This document shows positions 23,384 through 38,200 of a stretch of 64,000 nt of DNA, piece after piece. A program made the translations under genes and the position numbers. The DNA is from Eimeria praecox. Its lineage: Eukaryota. The notes under the pieces are model-generated. The model was not told the DNA's origin. It saw only the letters and a list, made by a program, of their open reading frames with translations, and searched no databases. Each line of letters opens with the position of its first letter. The stretch's first letter is position 1. The stretch spans positions 6,138,001 to 6,202,000 of the forward strand of contig OY986946.1 in assembly GCA_963920595.1 (NCBI GenBank). The letters run 5' to 3'.

Positions 23384-24389
23384 CTAGACCTTTTCCGCCT
23401 TCACGGACAAGAAAGGGTGTGTCATCAAATATTTCTCGGGAAGCCAGTTGGAACCCCTTTCCTGAGAATGCATCGACGCATGATGTCTCAGGAAGAATTC
23501 TGAATCGCCCTTCGTCAAAACGCACTTAAGGCAGAAACAAGCACATCGGTACTGTGGACACTTGGCTGCTTACTGCTCACCTTGCGCCTTCTGTCTAGAT
23601 ACCTTGTCATTGGGTTGCTATTTTCTGCCCGTTCTCTCTCCTTGTTTGCAAGCATCCACTCCGTTGTGAAACGCTTCGGTTTGATACCTAAACGCGGAGG
23701 ACACACACACCTACAATTTTTACACCTACAAATGCCGCCGTACGGCGCCTAGTGTTCAAGCAAGCCAACATTGCAAGCACGGAAGCACCTTGCTCCACAG
23801 CCGGTATCTACTCAGGCCTACCGATTAGTGAGAATGTAGTGATCATGAAGGCGACGCTTAAGGAAAACAGCAGAAGCGGCACCGATGCCACGATCATGTT
23901 GTGCTGCAACAACCAAGCACTGGGAATCATGCGCCACACCACATCAGGGAAAGCAAGCTGAATCGTTTGGTTCGAACATGACGGGAGAAGGTAAATCGAA
24001 CCCTAGTCAGTACCGTTAACTAACGCTACTCCAATCGGCACGCAGCTGTGGCAGACTTCTTGGACGTACTAGTGCGCTGGGCTGTCTCTCGCGAACTGCC
24101 CCTTATACACGGTGTGAAAGACGCCCACTGGGGCCAAATGCCAGCGCTGCCAGTCATATTTATGATTATAGGTGGTCTGGGTTAATCGGTAGACCTTGGG
24201 GCTGCCATCGGCTTCAAATTCTCGCGGAGGAGGAGACGGTAGGTGTAGATGCGGCGAGTGTGTGGCAATATTCCGCACATTTGAGAGCAGAGGAGCAAAG
24301 AAGCTCTCTTTCCCTATTCTGGATGCTGGACCCGTGAAAGTCAAGGCTGGACGCTGTGCGCAAGAGCGCACGAGTAGGCAGGGAAGCAT
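23384..24389 (-). CDS. COX4: Cytochrome c oxidase subunit 4, apicomplexan type (ApiCox23/Cg8-like)
   Basis: Spliced product has a mitochondrial presequence-like N-terminus (MLPCLLVRSCAQRPAL...), YNHKYDWQRWHLAP, a single TM (MIVASVPLLLFSLSVAFMITTFSLIG), then IKPKRFTTEWMLANKERERAENSNPMTRYLDRRRKERGSNW, resembling the Cox IV PxTFxxEW....xNPI motif. The final exon and stop are uncertain. Confidence 0.78.
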
Positions 24390-24799
24390 CGTGATAACGT
24401 AATGAGTTGTCACAAAAAGGAGAAATCCACATCGAGATTCTGTTTAATTTTACATGGGAAGGACTCAGCTCTCAGCACATACCGTTGGGACTGCAGCGGA
24501 TGTCGTGTCTTAAGTGTAGTAGTGCCCGGTACTACAATGGCGCGCGCGAATGGCACCGGGCGACGGGAATTACTAACTAGAGCACTTTTGAATTATAAAT
24601 ATGGTAATAATAAATCTTATAAATTGATATACTACGCGGAAATATGAGGTATCCTTGGTGGCTAGTCCTTACCTAAGTCAGAGTCCGGGGCGTTGCTAGC
24701 AGCAGAGCTGTGGGGGAAGTACACGCAGTTCTTTTCCTATTTTAGTAGCCTTTGCCGTTTAATGACACCTCCGGGGGAAGAAATTAATACCCACTTGGC

Positions 24800-25980
24800 A
24801 TACAGGATCCCCAGGAGGGGAAGAGCTCTTCGAGGATCAACCTCCGTCGCAAACGCAATGCGTCAACACTGAGTAGGACTGCAGCGCGTAGGCAGAGCAA
24901 CTAAAGAAAGCGAAGGGATGGCGACACTGGGACAGTCGTGAGCCATAAAGGGGACCAATGGCTTACACTAATATCTCCTAGGAATGTTGCTCACCATCCC
25001 TAGTGAGGGTCTTCAATCCTATCTGAGGACCACCGCGAGCTGCAGTGGAGTCAGAAGACTTTAAGAAAGACTCTCCAAGAAGCAACCTACCTTCCCTCCA
25101 GCCACCAAGCTTCTTGGGCTCAGCGGCGAAAGGGCCCGGGGCTGGTGGAGGCACGACTCCGCTTGTCATTTGTGCAATTAGGGTTGCTGGCTGCACGCGC
25201 TGGCATCGTAAGCTTTAGTGTTGACTCTTGTTAAACACTTGCTTGCCCCTTTACAAGTAGCGTATACGCAAGTAGTAGAGCGCGCATCGACGTCGGGCAA
25301 ACCCTGCTATACCTCGTGTCTCCAGGCGCCTAAGGCGCAGCAATGCAAATCTCTGGAAATGGCTGCCAGGAAAGGCAGCCTGGGCTGAATTGTAGCACGG
25401 TTACATCGTCTGTCGCAAAAGCAGCCCCGTAAAAAAGCATGCCCAAGCTCTTTTCAACCCATACACTAATACTTCGGCTAACCCCCCAGCTTTCAACTGC
25501 CAACATGAACAAGAATAGATGCATTCACCTACACCCGATGAGACCTGCTGCAGCGGTCCAGTCCAGCCCATGCTCTGAAATCGTTTCCGCCACTACCAAA
25601 CATGGGCAAACAGGACTTTGAGGAAATGTTTTCTGAAGCGCTTCGCGTGCTGCAGATCTATGCTTCGAAGGAGCGCATAAATTCAGATTCTCATTCTACT
25701 AGACGATTTTCTTACGTTGCCATTCCTGGTACCTTGCGGTCTGCACCCACATTTGAAGGCTGCTACAAAACACTATCTTCGTCACATTAGCCTGTGCAGA
25801 AAAGTTGAGCTCATCCTATTAAGTGCATACCACGGTACATGGGCTGCCTGCGGCTTCTTCACAGCATTAGTAACTATTAAGCGCACAACGCCTCCACCCG
25901 AATGTGCTCTGCTGCAGAAATGCCTTGAGCTGCGTGTCTTGCATTGCCTAGCAACCTTTAACTCCAAGCTTAAATCCTGA
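24800..25980 (+). CDS. Possible hypothetical multi-exon gene, divergent from COX4
   Basis: Coding-looking segments follow AG acceptors (RLRRSNANLWKWLPGKAAWAE; RSSPAHALKSFPPLPNMGKQDFEEMFSEALRVLQIYASKER; KCLELRVLHCLATFNSKLKS*), but no complete model could be built. Confidence 0.25.
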
Positions 25981-26798
25981 CTACATGCTTGTAGCCCTCC
26001 ATGATTCTACCACTCACTCCTTATCTCTCTACTGAGAATATGTTTTAGTTATATAACCTGGGAAAGATGAGCTATTTCATAATGCGGTGACTGCAGTAAG
26101 GCGGGCATGAAGCCGAATCCTGCCCCAAATTTTGACCAGCCAACGCATGCCTACAGAGCAGTCAGCGACAGACCGTTGGATTCGAGTCAAAACTACCGCC
26201 AGTAACCAACAGAGCCAGCTAGCAGCGCAGACAAGAACCACCTCTCTAGACTCGGTTGCGCTATCTATCTCGGCAGCATGCGGAGCCAGAAAATTCACTA
26301 CTCAGTACGTGGGACGAAAAGCGTCATACGAGATCAGGTGTGCTACTAAGGAACAAATTGGGGCACTGCCCTCCTGACAGGCCCAGACTCCCTCCTCGCT
26401 GATACACCCTGGTCCGCAGAAGCTGTGCAGTTCGTTCGGTTGAAACCAGGGAGAAATGGCATAGGGTGGGCTGTCATTCTTGAGTAGAGCTTGGTGTTGA
26501 CAAAGGGTTAAACCAGTGCGCCTCCAGTCTTCATAAGCAACCCTGTTTACACAAGTGCCCGGCGTCGCATTATCGACAAACCCAACAAGAATGAGTTTGG
26601 GACAACTCTGTCGCAGGAGCTCCTCGTACACAGGCACAAGACCGCAACGTCGCGGCGCTGCGCTACATTCCAACGACCCTTCAAAAAGAAAAGGTCAAGC
26701 AGGCGTTTACACCTTGACGACTCCAGCTCTATCCGTGCCAATGATCCCTTCTGGAAGCACAGTCAGGGCGAGTAGGCTACTGCTGCAGTTAACGTAGT

Positions 26799-28880
26799 TT
26801 AATCACGATCGCTTGACCGACCACGACGACGATCACGGTCCCTGTCCCCGCCTGAACCACCTCAAACAGCAAAACGCATTGCTTTGCCCTTCTGAATACG
26901 CACTCTCCAGTAAAACGTTCAGCAGTCTTTCACAACAGGATATGGGGCGTCAGCAAACTTGCTAACTAACCACAAAGTTCCGTACCTCGGCTCGGTGAAC
27001 GCGACAGGCTGCGAGACTCGCTTCGCCGTCGGCCCCTTCGTCTTTCATGCCGGTCGCTCCGAGTACGGCGGCTTCTACCGCCAGACCTAGAGCGGCTCCT
27101 ACTTCTGCTGCGATCATGTGAAGCTGAAGATACGCGCATTCCACAAAAAGCCGGCCTCATGTCCAACCGCTAGATGCATACGGTTCCTGTTGGGCCCCTA
27201 TAGTATAAAGTGCGTCTTATTGTATCACCCTAGGATATAATCTGCATCAAACATTTTCGTGAACCTCCGTACTGAAAATTGCTCCTCTACAGAGCTTTAT
27301 GCCTGGTGTTTGGCTTACGTGCGCGAGCCCGCGCTGCTGGCGCATCATCGTTATCCCATCCTCTCATGCCACCCGTGTCTGGAATTGTATCGTCTGCACA
27401 TGCGGGGTAACATAAGCACCGTATACATCCGCCACTGCACTCACCAGGGTTACTATGCCATGAGGTCTGAAGCAACAGCCATTTATCTGACAGGATTTGG
27501 GAGCACCAACTCCGCAGTGCAGTTATACAGAAACGTACACGCAACAAGCGTTGGTGGTTTGGGCGGGGCGGTTCCAGTAGCGAATTGCTTGATTTGTTTG
27601 TTAAATTCTGTAGCCATCATCTGCTCATGCCTACGCACCAGCTCTTCGTTGATGCGTGCTGCCTGTCAAGGGAGAAGCAGGGCAGCAAAAAAGTGCAGGG
27701 GATAGAGTAATTGCTTCCCCCTCCCCTTAACGAAGCAGAGTGCGCAGCCCACACTAAGACATCCAATATCCCATTTCCCACCTCTTCTCTCTTCCTCTCC
27801 ATTTCCAGCCTCCTATTCTCCAAAAATTCAGGAGGAATCCCCGTTGGTGTATTCTGCGCACACAACGCATGCACTAGCCGTTTCTTGGGCCTCTAACAGT
27901 GCATAAATCATAAACGAACATTCCTCGCTAATTTGCCTGACCCATGTTACGGAGCAGCATGGGCTGGCCAGCTACCTCTTGCACTCCACAAGCGTAAAAT
28001 TTGGGAACTAAAGCAAACGCCTTCGTGAAATGCTGGCGTTCTGACCATCGACTCCCCAATTACCTGGGCGCTCAAGAGGAGTTTCCAAAGCTCGCGGACA
28101 AAGTGCGTCGCCTGCTTCCCAACAAACCCAGTAAGCGATATTGCAAGTTTCTTGGGGCACAGGTAATTCTTTCCTGCACACAAGTACAGCCATTCCGAAC
28201 TCCTGCGTATGCATTTGTCAATTGAGGCTCGGCATTGACTCACCTTAGGGGCCGACAACACCAAGCACTTCCTCCCCACACATGTAGACAAAGCCAAATG
28301 ATCAAGTGAGCGCTCAAAGTCTTAATGCGAAACCACCTGCGCGTCGTACTTTCATCCACATCTGCAGCGAGAGCCTCCTCCGGCACTAACTGCGAGAGGC
28401 AATAGGAAATTACTATGTCATCTTCAAAGCCTGAGACAGAGACACCAAAAGAACTTGCAGTACTGCTAGGTGTTGTCTCTTGAGCGCTCTTCTTGGTCGT
28501 TATGTTTTGCAAGTCCTCAAATTCACAAAGTATCCCTACCGAGTAGCTCAGTGATCTTATGATTGATCCAAGCCTTCATAACCTCAACGTTCACCTTGCT
28601 CATGTCAACTTCCTGCTCGAATATTGCCGGCCACTACGAAGAAACCAAATACAGCCAAATACGCAATCGTCTTTTACTTCTGCAAGGAGCAACGACTCAC
28701 TGAGACGCTTGTTCATTCATGAAATGAATGAATGGAGCCCGAGGGTACGAATGAGAAGCGATGTTACATGAAGAGAAGAGGGATACCGCTCACTTTTCTC
28801 TGAGCAATAAGCTGGCTGTCCTTGTCTTTAAAGAAAGGAGTCTGCTCCTTAGACGTTCCTTTGTAGAAATTCCCCGACAT
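26799..28880 (-). CDS. PWI-domain serine/arginine repetitive matrix protein (SRRM1/SRm160-like splicing factor)
   Basis: Exons give MSGNFYKGTSKEQTPFFKDKD..WPAIFEQEVDMSKVNVEVMKAWINHKITELLGFEDDIVISYC..CPKKLAISLTGFVGKQATHFVRELWKLLLSAQNTPTGIPPEFLE, followed by an RS-rich tail (RSRSRSRS..GDRDRDRRRGRSSDRD*). Confidence 0.93.
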
Positions 28881-29290
28881 TTCTACTATATACCTGGAGA
28901 GCGGCCAAAACGCTGAAAGGTCTAAACAAGGCCTCCTTTTCAAACTGCCAAGCCTAGAATGGCGTTCCTTCTAAGTTATATGTTCTGGTAATGACAGAAG
29001 AAGGTTCGTTCTACTGAAACTACCTGGGTGATAATGGGCAGGCGATGGGATGTTCTCTAGCGCCAAAAAGGAAGGAGAACTAAAGTGACCCCGTAGAAGT
29101 GTAAGGACGATCGCAAAGCTTTAGTAAATGGAGGCTTCCTTCTGCAGATTTCACGAGGCTTGGGAGCGTTTGCTCCCTAGGCATGCTGCAGGCTCAGCAA
29201 GGCTTCCGGAACCGAAGACGCTGAGCAGGTAGTGAATTTCCTCTCCATAAAGGTATAGACAATAGAGGAGATTATTCCAATGGGACAGGG

Positions 29291-32200
29291 ATGAGCAATA
29301 TGCCTGGAGCCACTCCCAAAACTGGACTGCCAATGCCTGCAGGGCAGCGGAGGCCGCCAGGCACCAGAGACCTGAAGGGGCTTGATAACAGCGACAGCTT
29401 TGGTGTTAGCGAAAATACGTCTATATTTGCCAATATAACAAGAACGAGCAGCAAAATAAGAGCATATGATGAAGGTTTGATGCAATCACTTGCGCTGCAT
29501 GCATCGGCAGGAAGGGGCCCCGCTGCCTAGAATCGCATTGTCTTGCCCAGTCGGAGGCAGAGGTTGGAAACGACCTAGAATACTCTTAAATCAGCAGGGG
29601 CAATGGAATGGAATTATACATATTTGGTGTAGTCAGTGCACTTCTCTTTCTCGCCTTGCTGCTGATCTAGGGGCAGGTATTAAATGCCAAACGCCCCCAA
29701 GCAGCCTACCACAGACCAACTGGCAGAGTTTTGTTGGGGACGCTGTGCATGGTGGGCGCCGGTGATGCTTTTAAACAAAGAAGTAGTGTTGGTAGAGGTT
29801 GCTTTCCCCAATGGGGATCTTCATCTCCCAATAAGCAGTTCGCCGTTTGCCAGCTAGTAGGCTATCCAGCATGGTCTGTGCGACATTGGTAGGCCTATCT
29901 CTACCTTCTCGGAAGCTGCCTAAGGAGGACCCAGCAAGTGGTCAACGGCTGCCTGCAGTACTGTCTAAAGTGGAAGCGCATGCTGAAGAAACGGATTAGT
30001 TGTACGTACATATAGGGCTGCCTTGCAGCACTAGCTACGGCAAGGCAGTTTGCAGCACGACAGACTTCCCCATGTCCCCGCATGCCCCAGGCCCTTGGGC
30101 CGGGGGCACCCAGGATGCCTGCAGGCTGGTGAAGAGGTCAGCTTTTTGTGGGGTATTCTATCTTTGTCTGTAGCTGTACTGCAGCTCACGGCGATCCTTG
30201 GCTAAGACCGAGGATTTTCGTTACAGAATGCAGATGGGGCGCCTCGTCCGATGCGATGTGGTGCGTAGCCGTTGGTCACTTTCCCAGCGGAGGGCACATC
30301 CTGATCTGCTCTCAAAATGCAAGGGGAGAAAGGCTGTAGAATTGGAAAAGATATTTTGCAGGGAACACGCGCCTGTTTAAAATGCAGCTCTGCAAGCCTC
30401 TTCGCTACTACTCACTACAGTGCAAAGTGCCGCCCTGCTGGGGTTTGAGGCTCGCTCCTCGCACCTGGTATATGAGCCATATACCATGGAGTGCTACCAA
30501 GTGTAACGAGAGTTCTCGGCCTTTCCCGAGGACCGTCGCGAGCAGCAAGACAAAGACCTCCAAAAAAGACCCCAAACAGCAGCCCTCCACTCCAACCTCT
30601 AGGAGTACTGGGCAAAGCGGCCCAAGGGACTGGGGTCAACAGGGACAGGGCCGGCTTGCCACAGGTTGCGGCGCAACTGGCTGTAGTTGGTGCTGCAAGG
30701 CAGCCAGCCATATATGCCGGCGCAGCCATTCCCTCCTTTACTGCACGCGCCAACATGGTGAAATGCAGTTTACACAGTGCTTGACCCTCCATAGTCAGTC
30801 TGAGAGGGAGTACAGACACAAGTACCAACGTTAGCAGAATACAGGCCCTGCTGCACTCTTGCCAATTCCACAAATGATATGCCGGAAAGCCCGCATTTAT
30901 GCTTGCGCTTTCACTATAGGCAAGTACTAAGTGCTTATTTGGCATTTAATATTCAGCCTGCGAGCAAGTAGAAGCAAACGTACCAGCATCAGGCAAATCG
31001 TGCCCCTAGGGTGGGCGCAATGTCAACAATTGAGCGAGTGGCTTATGACCTCCAACAGAAATACCAGATAATGCTCGTTTTGACTTTGCAGTTCGCCATT
31101 TAGAAGAGGGACTTTACTTAAAAGGGACGCATATTGCATAAGGGTGGCAACCGCACAAAGCAGCCAGTCACGTAGGCGTACGGCAAAGCTTTGGGCGCAG
31201 TACGGTGCGTTTTAAGTCCTAAGTGTAGGCTTCGGGGCAGAGGGGTGCCTGGAATTTCGCTAGAAAATTCACAAAACACAATATAAAGACAAAAAATACG
31301 GGACTTAGGTTAATTGTTCTCATAGATCGCCCTGACCCCACTGACGACTACACAAACTTGGTGGTCTGCGGCTGTCTGACAAGCATGCGCTCCAAATCAA
31401 TGCTATTTTGTCATGAGTATTACAGATTTTCTAATTGAATGCGTTTCAATTTTGACATGCGGCTTAATGGGGATGGGGAATCTTATTCGGATTTGAACCT
31501 TGGCTTGTGAGGTCGCTGTGGTCACGAGCAACACCGAATTCTCCACGGCAGGAACTTGGGGTCAGCAGCGTACATGGCTTAACCAGGCTCTAAAAGAAAT
31601 TAACGCCTCAACTTCTTATTTGCATGTCCTAGCCTTGCTTGAAGCCCGTGAAATGGCCACCCTCAGGGTAGGGAAGCCCCTTCTGTTTGGCTTGTCTTGC
31701 AGCATTGAACGACAATGAACCTTAGAGAATGATGCGACACATATCGAATGATTCAGTAAGGATGCCGCCTAGCCTCTCAGGACACCAGGATGAGTGTGGA
31801 ATCCCGCTGCCTACGCAAGATGCACACGAAAGGGGGAGCAAAGCGACGTCTGAAATCCCTCTAGACCACAAGGGTCCCCCTTGGCAACATTTTCAAGGAC
31901 CGGATGACTCGGAAAGCGTTGTCAGCGAACTGATATTCCGTCTCAAGGAGAGTATCAGCGAGCAGGCGGGAAGCTGGTGGAGGGCTTCAATGGCAAAGGT
32001 GGCAAAGAGGCCGCTGCTCGCCTCGTACGAAACGGCTCCAGAGGAAGTTTTCGAAAGCACTCATGAGATCCAAGATGAACTTGCTCCAGTATGTATTGGG
32101 TTTAGGCAATATGCAGTATAGCTGTTCTAAGGGGCTACTTAGGGTGGGCTGCGCTAGAGTTTTGGCCGCCTGCCGCTGAAAAATAAGCATCAAGCTGCCG

Positions 32201-35200
32201 CTGCGTTTGACCTTATTTATTTGCTGTAAGGCCAAAACTCTATTACGAGCTTCATGCATGCGCGGGTTTAGCTGGGATAATTGTGCATTTAACTGTAGCG
32301 CCGGTTTCATGAACTCTCCTACGGGCCCTGTGTTGTCACGCAGGGACCAAATGAGAATTCGGTCTTCAGCAGTAATTGGCATGATCGCCTGCAGTGGGCA
32401 TTTCAGCGGGTGCTTACCCTTCGTGAGTCGCAGGATTCGAGGTCAGCTAGCCAGCTCAGAAGACGGCTTTTCGAACGCGAGCTCGCCCTCAACCAGTAAG
32501 GCGTCAGAATGCCTCAAATAGCATTTTATCGTAGGCTTTTGTGTGGGTAATAGCTTGCTGCCCTTGTTGCACAACTAATGCAGCAGATGCTAACATAACA
32601 GTTTGGTGAAACGGGAAGCCAAAGATGCAGAACAGTTTTGCAGTTAGGACAACATTGTCTTCAATTGCGTGCTGCAGTGAGATTGGATCGTTTGCGGCAG
32701 CTGCCCGTGCAGCAGCAGTAGTGCTGCTGCACTCTCTCACCTTGGAAGAACGATCTGGATCCAGCGAGAAGCTCAAGCCAGCCAACCAGGAGAGGCAACA
32801 GCGAAATGGACCAGCCCAGTGCTTCATACGCATAAGACCAGAAGAGTACTCGACATTGTGGCGTGTCTACCAACCAAAGTTCCCGGACGGTAAGCTTATG
32901 ACATCTCAGGAAGATTTCCATCCTTCTGTACACTCTAACGTTTCTCCTTTCATCAAGATATTACGAATACAACCAATCAGTGTTGCAAGTTGGAATTGGC
33001 AATTCGCAGTCAGCCCTTTTCGTCCTGCGTCTCGACAGACGAAGTTTACGTCTTTGACAGTCTGGTTCTGACGGTCGTTGTGGGAGACGCCCAAGCGAAT
33101 ATCAAGCCACATTTCGCAAAGGAAGTCTACCAGAACGATGTGAAGGGCAGACAAGCAGTTGCTGACGCAGTGTATGCAACCGCCTTTGCGCGGAAGACAG
33201 AAACAGATCTGCGTCTCCAGAGCCGCTTCCATGCTCAGAGCAAGCATCACCGCGACCTCCGGCAACAAGTAGATACCGCGTGGAACCTACACGACCCAAC
33301 TAAATTTGAGCGTGCCAAACTTGGGCTTCCAATTGCATGCCTTGTTGATTACGCAGGCTTCGCTGTCCTAGTTGAGCCCCTTTTACCCCTAAAGTAAGGA
33401 TGCATTCTGTTGAGAAATTCCTAACTCACATCTAGACGTTAAAGTGATAGAGGGCAGTGCGGCGTGTGGTCCGTACGAAGCATGCGCTTCCACCCGGGAG
33501 AATGTTTGTTTGTGGCCTTCTACGTTCCTTTCTTGCCTTGTCAGCCCGGCACCCGTCAACGTCTTGGAAGAACTGGTGGCGGACATTCGTCGGTGCCTAC
33601 CCGACTTTGTGCAGCAGTGCGGAAACATTGGTAGTCCTCTTGGTTGTTTTGATGCCTTAGACAAAGTAGACCGCGCTACCTATCACAAGTTTAAGAACAT
33701 TGCCGGCTTTTTGAACCTGGCTGTAAGTTTCTACGTCTGCCCTTATGGCTGTGCCTCGCCTTTTCAAGCATGGCCCACCCACCCTCGAGTGCATGTTGCT
33801 TTGGGCGCTGTTAAACCGCCTGCTCAATACACTATCATCACACAGAGTAGTGACAGCCTGGGGAAGTGTAGTGATATATAGTCGGCGTATTGATGCAGGC
33901 GACGGCAGAAATGTCCTTTTCTCTTTCGTACTTATGAGGCCTCAGGACTATCCATTCCCCCGCGGCGCTTCTGATTTCGACATGCCGCTGCCTCAAGCGG
34001 CTCTCTGGAGGTCTCAGGTGGATCATTTTTGCATATTCCGCAATCTCCATGAAACGCTGCCGCCAAAGTGTGTTAACGGCCGAGTGGTACCGGTACGGCG
34101 TCTTGCCCTGCGATTCTTTTTCGTTACGATCCAGACACACACAAGAAAATGAAGCGCGCCCTTGTTCTACGGCACCGGCCACTGAAATACAGTCGCTCTA
34201 TGATGAGTGCATATCCTGTGTGAACCTCATTTCGTATGCACAGGAACAGAGGTTTCGACAGGCCTTTCTTTCTCGTGTCTTTGATGCTGCTTTGCCCTGC
34301 ACGAGCAGAGAGCAGCACAGGGCGACGGAGAGTAAGACCCGACGCAGCATTTGACCCAATTCTCTTTATTGAATTATTTGTTAGATGCCAGTGGAAATCC
34401 CAGTGCACCGATAACCCCGCATAGCTGTTCTGGTGTTCTTCTCAGTTCGTGCCTCAAAGTTTGTCCAGCAGCATACGCCATTACGGGGAACACTGGAGGC
34501 TCTTTCCGTGGCTGCGCGCTCATTGGAGCTCGCCATCAAACAGGACGTTGTGCCTGCGATCAACGCGCTGCAAAAAAACTTCTTGGATTCACATGATATT
34601 GCACACGCTCTCCACACTCATGGAATAAACATTAGGTGAGATATTCCAAATGTTGCCGCTGGTGTGGTGTTTTATTTGTCGTCTGCTATGTGAAACCTGC
34701 ACCTTGTGCTGCTACCTGGCTGCAGAAATATGGCTCAGTTGTTAAAAAATGGTCCAGCTTCTCCATTTAAAGATGCCATTATCCGGGAGGTAGTCGCCAG
34801 ATCAGCCAAACACTTATTCCGCCTTCAGGTTGAGAAACTTGCTGGGGGCGGAATGGTTGATACCAGCCACATGGAGGAAATTCAACGGTAAGCGCTTGAG
34901 TGTTGCGGCAGTGCATAGCATTTAGACAATGCCACTTCTCCTTTGCAGCACCACAGTGGAACAGCAGCACCTCTCTGGTTGTAATGCCTTACCTTTTAAG
35001 ATACAAAGTATTGGATGAATAGAATAACCAGCATGAGCTCAAGAGCCACGAAGCTACGTATTCAAACCTTGGCCTTTCTTTGGTTGATGGGCGGTGCTGG
35101 ACTTACTCTTCTGAATGCCTTCGCTCAGTTTGGTAGTGAAGCTGTTCAACTTGGTTCTGTCTACCAGTGAAGAGTCAAGGATTTTCTGGCGTCACCAAAT

Positions 35201-38200
35201 ACTTCCGCTAGCCTTAGAGAGGTCCGCTGGGTTGTATAGTGAGTGAAGTCAGACTTCAGCTCTGGCATATTAGGGGGAGGCGTGAGACACATGCTGCAGC
35301 GTGCCCTCATGTGTCCGCACACTAGGTGCACCTGTGTTTTTCGCCTACAGGTACAAAGTGGATCTAACTGAGATGGCGTCACCGGAGAGCGTTTGCACTT
35401 ATTCCCTCTTCAAGGCCATGGAGTACAACCTGAGTGCGTCGCTTGCTGTGCTGGGTCGTCGCTATTGGCAGATTCCCTGTCTTCTGCACTGCTGTGAACA
35501 CGCCTTTTTGGGTTAAGCTCTCTTTTTGAGATCCCTATTCTGATGGTCGGCATGATGCAGCGGGAACCTATAACACGATTGAGAGCACTTATGCTCGATT
35601 AAGCGCTTCGCGGCGATACTGCTGAAGGAGCGAATACGCTTCGTCTTTCCGCCTGGCCTTACCTTTTTTGCTACCATGACTTCTCCCAGCAGCTCTGCAA
35701 GGGCAGATCACTTGGAATATGGTGCATGAGTAACAGTTCGCTATTCTGTGTGTACGAGGAAACCGAATAGCTGCTGCCGGCCCACAACTCGGATGCAATT
35801 GCAACTTGCCCCTTAAATGTTTCAGGCGTTCAATTCGATAGCAATGTGGCTGCACGTTCAACGAGTCCATCCGGCGAAGCATTTCTCGAACTACGGCTGC
35901 CATTAACTGTAGCTGACTTGTCAACCTTCTCTAGCCGTCGGGACTCTCTGCTCTTTCCTCACATTTCACAGGTGAGGGCGGCACTCGTTGGCGGTTTCCA
36001 TGCAGATGCTGACAATGATAATGACGGCGAAGACTGGGGAACCCAACTACGATCAACAAAGCGCCGCATGCGGCACTTCGAGAACGCCGGTTAGATTTAC
36101 AGTAGCGGACCCGTGAAACTACGTTGGAGTCATGCTCTAGTATTCCTGCGCCTGTTGCAAATAATGGGCGTTGCTTCCCCGGCGTTGGCGAATGGATTGT
36201 CTGTAATAGAAAAGACAAGCATTCCTGTCTCATTTGATGCCTGCACAACGTATGCTCGCAGATGCGTATACGGATCAGGACGACACTATCAAACTAAGGG
36301 CTCCCGCGACAGCTGAGAAACTGCAAAAGTTTGCGGAACTGCGGGAAGTTCGAGGGTTTTACCCCCGAGTCCATCTGGTTGCTCCAGAAACTATCGCGCT
36401 TATGCAAGCAGCTACTGCGTCAACTGTAGCTGGGGCCAGCAGCACTTCTTTAGACGTGCTTCTAGACAACATGAAAGCTGGTGAGCCGTCAAATGCTGAG
36501 GAACCGTCAAGCTCCTACGTATCTGCATTTGCCCTATATATTTCCCGTTGGTGTAAAAAGGGTCTCTACATGATTATCAAGCCCAAGCGGCAGGTGCGGG
36601 GATTACCTTTTGTCTATTAGGCGTTGTAATTCCCACGTATCAAGAAGAAATATGGGGCAGCGGCAACTTTGCAATGCACGGAGCCTGCGGAGCAATGAGG
36701 GCGGCTCTTATTGGCAAGTCTGATGCTTGTGAACTTCAGTTCTGCCTGCAGCACTCAGAGGCCTCTATTAAGTTGGAGCCCGCTCGAACCTACCGGATAC
36801 GGGCCGGCTAACTTTTGCTTATTATGTACTGATGGCCTTGCAGTTATAGCCGTGGTCATAGTGTCGCCGCTGTCTGAGCACGCCACACTGGATATAGACC
36901 AAAGCGTGCAACCGAACTTGTATACATGTCCTCCATATGTGGTCACTTTTCAGGAACAGGATACCCATGCCATCCTTACTGTCTTGCAGTCGACGAGGAA
37001 GAGACGCTCCATGAACTCATTATGAATGCGGCTGACGAGAACAAGCCGTTATCATCTCTAAAGCAATGCCTTAGATACAAGAGAAAGAAACTCGCCCTAA
37101 CGCTGGCACTTCTGTCGAAGGCAGCCATCGGTACCATGTTGCCCTGGCCCATGCAGCTGCAGCAGGTGGCAGGAAGCAGGTGTGAGGCAGATGGGGCACA
37201 TTTAACGGAACGTCTCATGCGGTGTTGATTGAATTCTTGTGCCACCAGGAATTGACATTTTCTTGCTGGGGAAAATTTTGCAACAGACTGCCTACATTAT
37301 GCTACAACACAACGAGATCAAGGCGGCTGCTAGCATTGCAGACTTCATCTACTCGAAAGTCCCGGATGGCTTGTCTCTCCAGTCAGAAGCGCTTCTAATT
37401 GACATGCAATGCACCACAAGAGGAAGTAAGCAACATCAAGTGGGGAGCCCAGAGCGGGGCACTCTGAAGGGCCCAGGAGGTTGGCATATATTACTTTTGT
37501 TTCTACTCCTGATATAAGGGGCGTGGCACTGGCTTCTATTGACATCTTGCAGATGAGCCCCAAGACGCCTTGCTGTGCTATCGGAATCTGAAACCAGTTT
37601 TGGTTGCTATGGAGGGGAAAATGTCGCTTAGGCTGTTGCTTGCCGACCTTTTGCTCGCTTCTTTTGCCTTCAAGAATAAGCGTTACAACTCCGCCATTTT
37701 GCACGCCTTCCGTGTCCATAAAATATCGACAGTGGTCAGTGAGTGCACTTGATCAAATGGTCGCAAAGAATTTTCTAAAATTAGCTGCAGCCATTTTGAG
37801 CGTTGTGAACAGTGAGCTTCCCTGTTCTTTATCCATATGCATCTTTATTGGAATAGTTGAACCTTACGGGTAACTAGTGGTTCATCCCTGCTCTGCGCGG
37901 TACCTCAGTGCTTCGATACTGGAGGAGCTCACTGGGCTGCTGTCGCTGCTCTGCGACTCATCGGTGAGTAGCTACGGTTGAAGTTTGCAGATGGAAGTAG
38001 AGTGAGTACTGCAGTATCGGTCCTAGGGGTCACTGAGCATTCCCTCTTCTGGGTGGTGGCATGTTCCCTTTTCTTGCAAAACCTGGAGCCGGTGGCATGC
38101 ATGGATGTGAGACGCAGCACGATCCATGCTGGAAGTTCAGCGGTGCTCGGAAGCCATCATCATTTTACAGCACACTGTCAGAGTGGCGAGCACTAATCCC

